This document shows positions 26,886-32,000 of a stretch of 32,000 nt of DNA, piece after piece; position 1 is the first letter of the stretch; each line of letters starts with the position of its first letter. Origin of the DNA: an uncultured archaeon (GTDB taxonomy: Archaea > Micrarchaeota > Micrarchaeia > Micrarchaeales > CABMGC01); assembly GCA_963704435.1 (NCBI GenBank), contig OY969902.1, forward strand, positions 720,001 through 752,000, written 5' to 3'. A program made the position numbers and the translations under genes. The notes under the pieces are model-generated. The model made no database searches, had not been told where the DNA came from, and saw only the letters and a list, made by a program, of their open reading frames with translations.

Positions 26886-26930
26886 TTTATATATCTTGGT
26901 CTGGAAATAAACTAGTCTAGGATTAGACCA
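26886..26930 (+). promoter_or_regulatory. Candidate promoter (TATA tttatatat) plus inverted-repeat operator upstream of the PadR-ABC operon
   Basis: TATA-like tttatatat at 26886-26894. Outer inverted repeat TGGTCT (26897-26902) / AGACCA (26925-26930). Inner palindrome GTCTA-N4-TAGAC (26915-26928). All lie between the TATA box and ATG 26940. Confidence 0.4.
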
Positions 26931-26939
26931 TACTATCTG

Positions 26940-27302
26940 ATGCGCATGTTTGACAAGGACGCCCTATTCAAGAAGTTCGACGCCGCGATGATGCACGGGG
27001 CTCTGAAGCTCATCGTGCTCGCTCACCTCCGCGACAGCGGCACGTACCCATATGCTATGCTGAAGCACTTCAAGGGCAGCGGCCACTCATTCCTCGCGGG
27101 CATGGGCAAGTCGGAGATGTACAACATAATCAATTCGCTGGAGAAGGAGGGCTTCGTGTCTTACCGCATAGTCAAGAAGGGAGCGCGGTCGCAGAAGCAC
27201 TATGCGCTCACGCCGAAGGGAAGGAAGGTGATCGGGACATCGAAGCAGATAATGACCCGGGCTATGGGCGACTTCAGGAAGCTTGTGAAGAGTGAGTTCT
27301 GA
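26940..27302 (+). CDS. PadR-family transcriptional regulator
   Basis: 120 aa. LKLIVLAHLRDSGTYPYAMLKHF...MYNIINSLEKEGFVSYRIVKKGARSQKHYALTPKGRKV fits the PadR winged-helix pattern (LEKxGxV...RKxYxLTxxG). Its stop overlaps the next ATG (TGATG). Confidence 0.8.
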   Translation: MRMFDKDALFKKFDAAMMHGALKLIVLAHLRDSGTYPYAMLKHFKGSGHSFLAGMGKSEMYNIINSLEKEGFVSYRIVKKGARSQKHYALTPKGRKVIGTSKQIMTRAMGDFRKLVKSEF

Positions 27303-28294
27303 TGGACGACTATGCGATAGAAATGGACAACGCGGTCCAGAAGTTCGGCGACTTCATCGCAGTCGACGGGATCACCCTGAAGATAAAGAAGGGCGAGATA
27401 TTCGGGCTCTTGGGGCCGAACGGCGCCGGAAAGAGCACCATAATAAACATGCTTCTCGGGCTGCTGAAGCCCACTTCGGGAAGCGTCTTCGTGAACGGTG
27501 TCGACATGCAGAAGGACCCGAACCGCGCGAAGAAGACGCTGGGCGTGGTCACGCAGGAGACCGTCGTCGAGCCCGAGCTAACCGCAGAGCAGAACCTGAT
27601 GATCTTCGGAGACCTCTACCACGTGCCCAGAGAGAAGCTTCCCAAGAAGATAGACTTCCTGCTGGAGCTCGCCGACCTGAAAAATTTCCGCAAGTCGTAC
27701 GCAGGCACCTTCTCGGGAGGAATGAAGCGCAGGCTCGAGACGGTGAAGGCCCTCGTGCACGACCCCGACATAATCTTCATGGACGAGCCGACGACCGGGC
27801 TTGACATCCAAAACAGGACGAGGATGTGGCAGCTCCTTAGGCAGATAAACAGGGAGAGGAACGTCACGGTGCTCATGACCACGCAATACCTGGAGGAGGC
27901 GGACCAGATGTGCAACAGGATCGCGATAATAGACCACGGGAAGCTCGTGGCAGTCGGAACGCCCGCGGAACTGAGGCAGAAGATCGGGCTCTATGACATC
28001 ATAGAGATCGCCGCAGACAAGGAGGACCTGCAGAAGGTCGCGCAGATATTCAAGAAGCTGGGCCTGGAACCGCAGGCCCTCAGCAACAAGGTGATCTGTT
28101 CTGTAAAGAGCGACGCGGTGAAGACGATAGAGAGGCTGATAAAGACCATAACCGCCGCAGGCATAAAGATACAGAGCGTAAGTCTGCACGAGCCCACGAT
28201 AGACGACGTCTTCCTGAAGCTGACGGGCTCCTCTGTGAGGGACGCGACAGGCGAGTACGTGGGAAAGGGCATATCGTTCGGAGGTAGAAGATAG
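27302..28294 (+). CDS. ABC transporter ATP-binding protein (ABC-2/DrrA-like subfamily)
   Basis: 330 aa. GEIFGLLGPNGAGKST (Walker A), FSGGMKRRLE (signature), IIFMDEPTTGLD (Walker B), TTQYLEEAD (H-loop). Confidence 0.95.
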   Translation: MDDYAIEMDNAVQKFGDFIAVDGITLKIKKGEIFGLLGPNGAGKSTIINMLLGLLKPTSGSVFVNGVDMQKDPNRAKKTLGVVTQETVVEPELTAEQNLMIFGDLYHVPREKLPKKIDFLLELADLKNFRKSYAGTFSGGMKRRLETVKALVHDPDIIFMDEPTTGLDIQNRTRMWQLLRQINRERNVTVLMTTQYLEEADQMCNRIAIIDHGKLVAVGTPAELRQKIGLYDIIEIAADKEDLQKVAQIFKKLGLEPQALSNKVICSVKSDAVKTIERLIKTITAAGIKIQSVSLHEPTIDDVFLKLTGSSVRDATGEYVGKGISFGGRR

Positions 28295-28295
28295 C

Positions 28296-29402
28296 ATGAG
28301 CATAATGGAAGACGCGACGACCCTGTTCACAAGGGAGATGCTGATATTCAAGAAGAATATCACCGCGGGCTTAGCCAGGACCATCATCTTTCCTGTCATA
28401 TTCATACTTCTCCTCGGAAGCATAGGCAACACCCCGCAGCACGTCCCGATAGCGGTGGTAAACTTCGACAACGGCGCGGCATCGCTGGCGTTCATAAACA
28501 TGCTTACCTCGGGCGGGGCGCTCAGCGTCAAGGGAATGACTGACCAGCAGGATGCGATGAGCCTCCTGGCACAGGGAAGCGTCGCGGCCGTGGTCGTCAT
28601 ACCCAGCGGCTTCTCGAGCTCCAGTTCATCCGATGTCTTCGTCTACGTGGATGCCTCGTCGTCCGCCTCGGCCGAGGTAGCTACCAGCGTGATAAGCTCG
28701 GCTGCGTCAAGCATGAACTCGAAGCTTGTCGCAAGGAACGCGCAGGGCGAGGGGATATCCGTAATCACCAACCCCGCCTACGGGGCGACCAGCAACAACA
28801 TCAGCTTCACCGTAGCCGGAATACTGGTGCTCGTAGCGACTACGGGAGCCATATTCAGCGGCGGGTTCACGGTGCTGCAGGACAGGCAGCTCGGCAACCT
28901 CAAGGCGTTCCTCGTGACCCCCATAAACAAGGTCTCGATACTCCTCAGCAAGGTGTTCTACGGCACGTTCCAGTCCGCGTTCAGCGCATACGTTGCGCTC
29001 GCCATCGGGCTGCTGTACGGCGCGAGCATCGCATCGGGCGTTGTCGGAATGCTGGAGATACTCTGGTTCATATTCCTCGTAGGCTTCGGGTTCAGCTGCA
29101 TAGCGGTGTCCCTGGCGATAAGGATGAAGCAGACGCAGACCTACGCCCTTGTCGCGCAGGTGGTGTCGCTCCCGCTTTCGTTCCTCGCAGGCGCACTGGT
29201 CCCCGTGTCCTCGCTGCCCGCCTTCCTGGCCCCCCTGGCGGCCTTCAACCCGCTGACCTACGCAGTCAACGCAGTAAGGGACATAATGCTCAAGGGCTCG
29301 CTTCCGATCGGGGCGTTCCTCGTCGATTCGACGATACTGATAGCCTTCTCAATAGTCATGCTGGCGATAAGCGTCTTGCTATTTAAGAATATAAACGAAT
29401 AA
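28296..29402 (+). CDS. ABC-2 type transporter permease
   Basis: 368 aa. N-terminal TM, a large extracytoplasmic loop, then five C-terminal TM helices, the typical ABC-2 topology. It starts 1 nt after the ATPase stop. Confidence 0.88.
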   Translation: MSIMEDATTLFTREMLIFKKNITAGLARTIIFPVIFILLLGSIGNTPQHVPIAVVNFDNGAASLAFINMLTSGGALSVKGMTDQQDAMSLLAQGSVAAVVVIPSGFSSSSSSDVFVYVDASSSASAEVATSVISSAASSMNSKLVARNAQGEGISVITNPAYGATSNNISFTVAGILVLVATTGAIFSGGFTVLQDRQLGNLKAFLVTPINKVSILLSKVFYGTFQSAFSAYVALAIGLLYGASIASGVVGMLEILWFIFLVGFGFSCIAVSLAIRMKQTQTYALVAQVVSLPLSFLAGALVPVSSLPAFLAPLAAFNPLTYAVNAVRDIMLKGSLPIGAFLVDSTILIAFSIVMLAISVLLFKNINE

Positions 29403-29410
29403 GTGATCTC

Positions 29411-30985
29411 ATGAAAAATACGACAAAAGGAATCTGGATCCTGCTGCTCTTACCGCTCATGATGGGGTTGGCGCAGGCGCAGTCCACCCAATCAGGAGCG
29501 CTGTCTCTGGCCAACGTGGCGGTGATGCCCAATCCAGTGATAGCCGGGAGCAACGCGACGGTGGTGTTCCAGCTGTACAACTCCTACGGATCGTCGCTGA
29601 CGAACGTCAACCTGCAGCTCACGGGAAGCTACCCCCTGCTGAACTTCTCGCCCTCCAGCTCATACCTGGTGAGCGTAGTGGGGAGCGGCCTCTACGCTGG
29701 CGCGATAAGCTACACGATGCATGTCCCGAAGACGACCCCTACAGGCACCTATACGCTCAGCCTGGTCGGCACGTACCAGACCGTGTCATCAGTGTACGGC
29801 CAGGTCGTGGGCAGCTCGGTAATGCCCCTAAGCGTGTATGTGAACGGCATACCCAACATAACCGCGGTCGCGGGCTCCACGCCAGTGACGCCGGGCAGCC
29901 CGATGGTGCTGTACGCGCGCATCGTGAACTCGGGCTACGACACCGCGAAGAACTTGGTGATCAGGGCTCTCAACACCAGCGGATTCACGCCATACGGAGT
30001 GGGCACGTTCTCTATAAGTTCGCTTCCGGTAGGCGCGGCGCTGAACGTGTCGATAAACTACCAGACGTCCCAGTCCGTGAAGAACGGGACCTACTCGCTC
30101 CCCATCTCGGTCTCGTACCAGTCGGGCATAGGGACCCAGTACTCGAAGACGATAAACCTGACTGAGAGCATCGCGATAGTCAGCCCGCAGGTCAGGCTCA
30201 GCTTCGCCAATCCTATGCCGCAGGCGCTCTTCGCAGGATACAACCAGACCGTCCAGCTGCAGATACAGAACGTGGGCAACGGCGTGGCCAGGAATGTCAG
30301 CGTGTCGCTGGTAGCGGGACAGGGCACAAACCTGCTCGGCTCCGTGGACAGCTTCTTCATAAGCACGCTGCAGCCGGGCCAGACCATAAGCGAGCCGGTA
30401 CTGCTGTCAGCCAGCGGCGTGGGCAGCGCTACGGTCAACGCGACCGTGGCCTACTACTCAGCGGACTACAGCAAGAACTTCAACGGCGCGCAGCTGCTTA
30501 GCCTTGCGCTCGCGCCGGCGGCGCAGTTCACTGTCACGGGCGAGAGGTCAAGCCTCGCGCCGGGATCGACCGACGTGCCCGTGACGTTCGTCGTGAAGAA
30601 CACCGGCACCATAGCCGCGCAGGGCGTGCAGTTCAACCTGCAGAGCACATACCCGATAACTCCAGTGTCGAGCACCTACTACCTGAGCGACCTGCCCATC
30701 GGCTCCAGCGCCAACGTCACCTTCCTGGTAAGCGCGGATTCGCAGGGAGTGCCAAGTTCATACCCTGTGACGATCTTCGAGCAGTGGAAGCAGCCTAACG
30801 GCGCCACCAACCAGCAGTTCTCCGGGTCCGTCAACTACTTCGTGACCGTCGGCACAGGCGGAAGCAGCCTGGGCGACATCGCGGGAGCGGCTGTGATCAT
30901 CGTGATAGCAGTGGGCGCGTACCTGTTCATGAAGAAAAGGAAGGCGAAGGCAAAGCCAGCGGCCGAGAAGGCGAGGGGCAAGTGA
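29411..30985 (+). CDS. Surface protein with four CARDB/COG1361-like Ig-fold repeats and a C-terminal TM anchor
   Basis: Signal-like MKNTTKGIWILLLLPLMMGLAQAQ. Four roughly 100-110-aa repeats of pattern PG/AGS...(V/L)...(I/V)xNxG...AxxV...L (for example LQIQNVGNGVARNVSVSL and FVVKNTGTIAAQGVQFNL). C-terminal IAGAAVIIVIAVGAYLF plus a KKRKAKAK tail. Confidence 0.8.
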   Translation: MKNTTKGIWILLLLPLMMGLAQAQSTQSGALSLANVAVMPNPVIAGSNATVVFQLYNSYGSSLTNVNLQLTGSYPLLNFSPSSSYLVSVVGSGLYAGAISYTMHVPKTTPTGTYTLSLVGTYQTVSSVYGQVVGSSVMPLSVYVNGIPNITAVAGSTPVTPGSPMVLYARIVNSGYDTAKNLVIRALNTSGFTPYGVGTFSISSLPVGAALNVSINYQTSQSVKNGTYSLPISVSYQSGIGTQYSKTINLTESIAIVSPQVRLSFANPMPQALFAGYNQTVQLQIQNVGNGVARNVSVSLVAGQGTNLLGSVDSFFISTLQPGQTISEPVLLSASGVGSATVNATVAYYSADYSKNFNGAQLLSLALAPAAQFTVTGERSSLAPGSTDVPVTFVVKNTGTIAAQGVQFNLQSTYPITPVSSTYYLSDLPIGSSANVTFLVSADSQGVPSSYPVTIFEQWKQPNGATNQQFSGSVNYFVTVGTGGSSLGDIAGAAVIIVIAVGAYLFMKKRKAKAKPAAEKARGK

Positions 30986-30986
30986 A

Positions 30987-31637
30987 ATGCAATCCAAAGC
31001 TGAGAGCGCAGGAAGCGGCCCTGCCCTTATTGCGGAGAAGACCTTAGAAGCCTGCCTTGCGCTCGCGCAGCGGGCCAAGCAGGGCTGCCTGATCGTCTGC
31101 GAGACCAAGCCGATATCTAAGCAGTACTACAAGGACTCCAATAGGGATTTCTGCCACCCCGACCTGAGCCCGATCTCCATCTTCGACCCGGATGACAGGC
31201 AGGGCCTTGAGAAGCTCGCTGCGGTGGACGGCGCCCTGATACTCGACTCATCTGGTGCGATGCTACATTATGGGGCTACCCTACTCCATTCCACGAGCAT
31301 GCGCGGACACGGCAAGCGCCACGCCTTCGCGCGTGGCACGAGCATGGCGGTGAAGGGCGTAGTCTGCATTTTGCATTCGGAAGAGGACGGACACACGAGG
31401 TCGTTCAGGGACGGGTTTCTTGTCGTTGACATCGCGCCTGACGGGAAGCTGAAGAACATGACGCGCCATCGCATCGCCGCGCTCCTCTGCAACCCCCTCA
31501 CCGCCACATTGGCCGTGTCGGGCGTAGTGACCAGCATACTGTCGCTGAATCCATTGCCGGCCATCATTACGATAAGCGGCAGCACGATCTTGATCAGGCA
31601 GGGGTTCCTAGGGTTGAAGAAAACCATCGAGGGTTAG
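30987..31637 (+). CDS. Divergent DisA_N/DAC (diadenylate cyclase)-like domain protein with a hydrophobic C-terminal tail
   Basis: 216 aa. Aligns by eye to CdaA-type DAC: QGCLIVCET vs IGALIVIER; AVDGALILDSSGAMLHYGATLL vs LHDGAVIIKNNEIAAAACYL (DGA motif kept); HGKRHAFARGTS vs LGTRHRAAVGIS (GTRHR becomes GKRHA); VVCILHSEEDGHTRSF vs LTIIVSEETGGVSV. The C-terminus LTATLAVSGVVTSILSLNPLPAIITISGSTILI is hydrophobic. Confidence 0.6.
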   Translation: MQSKAESAGSGPALIAEKTLEACLALAQRAKQGCLIVCETKPISKQYYKDSNRDFCHPDLSPISIFDPDDRQGLEKLAAVDGALILDSSGAMLHYGATLLHSTSMRGHGKRHAFARGTSMAVKGVVCILHSEEDGHTRSFRDGFLVVDIAPDGKLKNMTRHRIAALLCNPLTATLAVSGVVTSILSLNPLPAIITISGSTILIRQGFLGLKKTIEG

Positions 31638-31638
31638 C

Positions 31639-32000
31639 ATGGACAAGGCCGCAGCGAGTATCGGAATAATCGGCGGGTCTCGGTTCTATTCATTGCTCGA
31701 GAATTCAGAGCGCGCTAACGTAGACACGCAGTACGGGAAGCCCAGCGACGAGATCACAATCGGGGAGTTGGCCGGAAAGAGGGTCGCCTTCCTGCCGCGG
31801 CACGGCGCAAGGCACACGCTTGCCCCGCACAAGGTCCCGTACCGCGCGAACATAGATGCGCTGAGCGGCCTGGGCGTAGGGAGGCTCATAGCGTCGAGCA
31901 CTGTCGGGTCCCTGGTCGCGGATTACGAGCCAGGGGACTTCGTCTTCTTCGACCAGTTCGTAAACATGTCGCACGGGCGCGAAGACACCTTCTTCGATTC
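31639..32000 (+). CDS. mtnP: S-methyl-5'-thioadenosine phosphorylase (purine nucleoside phosphorylase family), 3' end beyond the window
   Basis: Absent from the track (no stop inside the window). My translation is MDKAAASIGIIGGSRFYSLLENSERANVDTQYGKPSDEITIGELAGKRVAFLPRHGARHTLAPHKVPYRANIDAL...STVGSLVADYEPGDFVFFDQFVN, which closely parallels the MTAP N-terminal region (IGIIGGSG, GKPSD, FLxRHG..H...P..V.YRANI.AL, GSL, PGD...DQF). Confidence 0.9.
   Translation, partial: MDKAAASIGIIGGSRFYSLLENSERANVDTQYGKPSDEITIGELAGKRVAFLPRHGARHTLAPHKVPYRANIDALSGLGVGRLIASSTVGSLVADYEPGDFVFFDQFVNMSHGREDTFFD

Overview
This is an archaeal chromosomal window. Evidence: a ribosomal protein L40e gene, a tRNA with an intron at the canonical 37/38 position, and TATA-like boxes about 25-30 nt upstream of several start codons, which suggests leaderless mRNAs.

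Positions 1-15.6 kb are mostly minus-strand housekeeping and stress genes:
- an edge-truncated ABC ATPase, TspO, and a HAD-like hydrolase
- a plus-strand unknown protein with a ParB/Srx-like DGAHR motif
- HtpX and LemA, a YgjP-like metallohydrolase, CysRS, and CTP synthase
- tRNA-Ser(UGA)
- a small, visibly AT-richer islet holding a Rieske protein and two small membrane proteins
- tRNA-Pro(UGG), followed by two tandem 22-bp pseudo-copies of its own 3' end
- a wHTH gene pair, L40e (51 codons, absent from the ORF track), flavodoxin, and LeuRS

Positions 15.8-31.6 kb are a plus-strand cell-envelope block and the most unusual part of the window:
- A 2,634-aa secreted, almost charge-free fibre-like protein. 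About 75% of it is a 306-bp (102-aa) in-frame tandem repeat present in about 19.4 copies, 16 of them apparently base-identical.
- A membrane-anchored neighbour with three YVTN blades, two PKD-like domains and a sequon-dense stalk. Its N-terminal module is paralogous to the single YVTN blade on the giant protein.
- An orphan MinD/ParA ATPase.
- A tightly coupled operon: PadR, ABC ATPase, ABC-2 permease, a four-domain CARDB-like surface protein, a divergent diadenylate-cyclase-like protein, and edge-truncated MTA phosphorylase.

No CRISPR array, integrase or transposase was seen. All functional calls rest on motif recognition by eye; no database search was possible.
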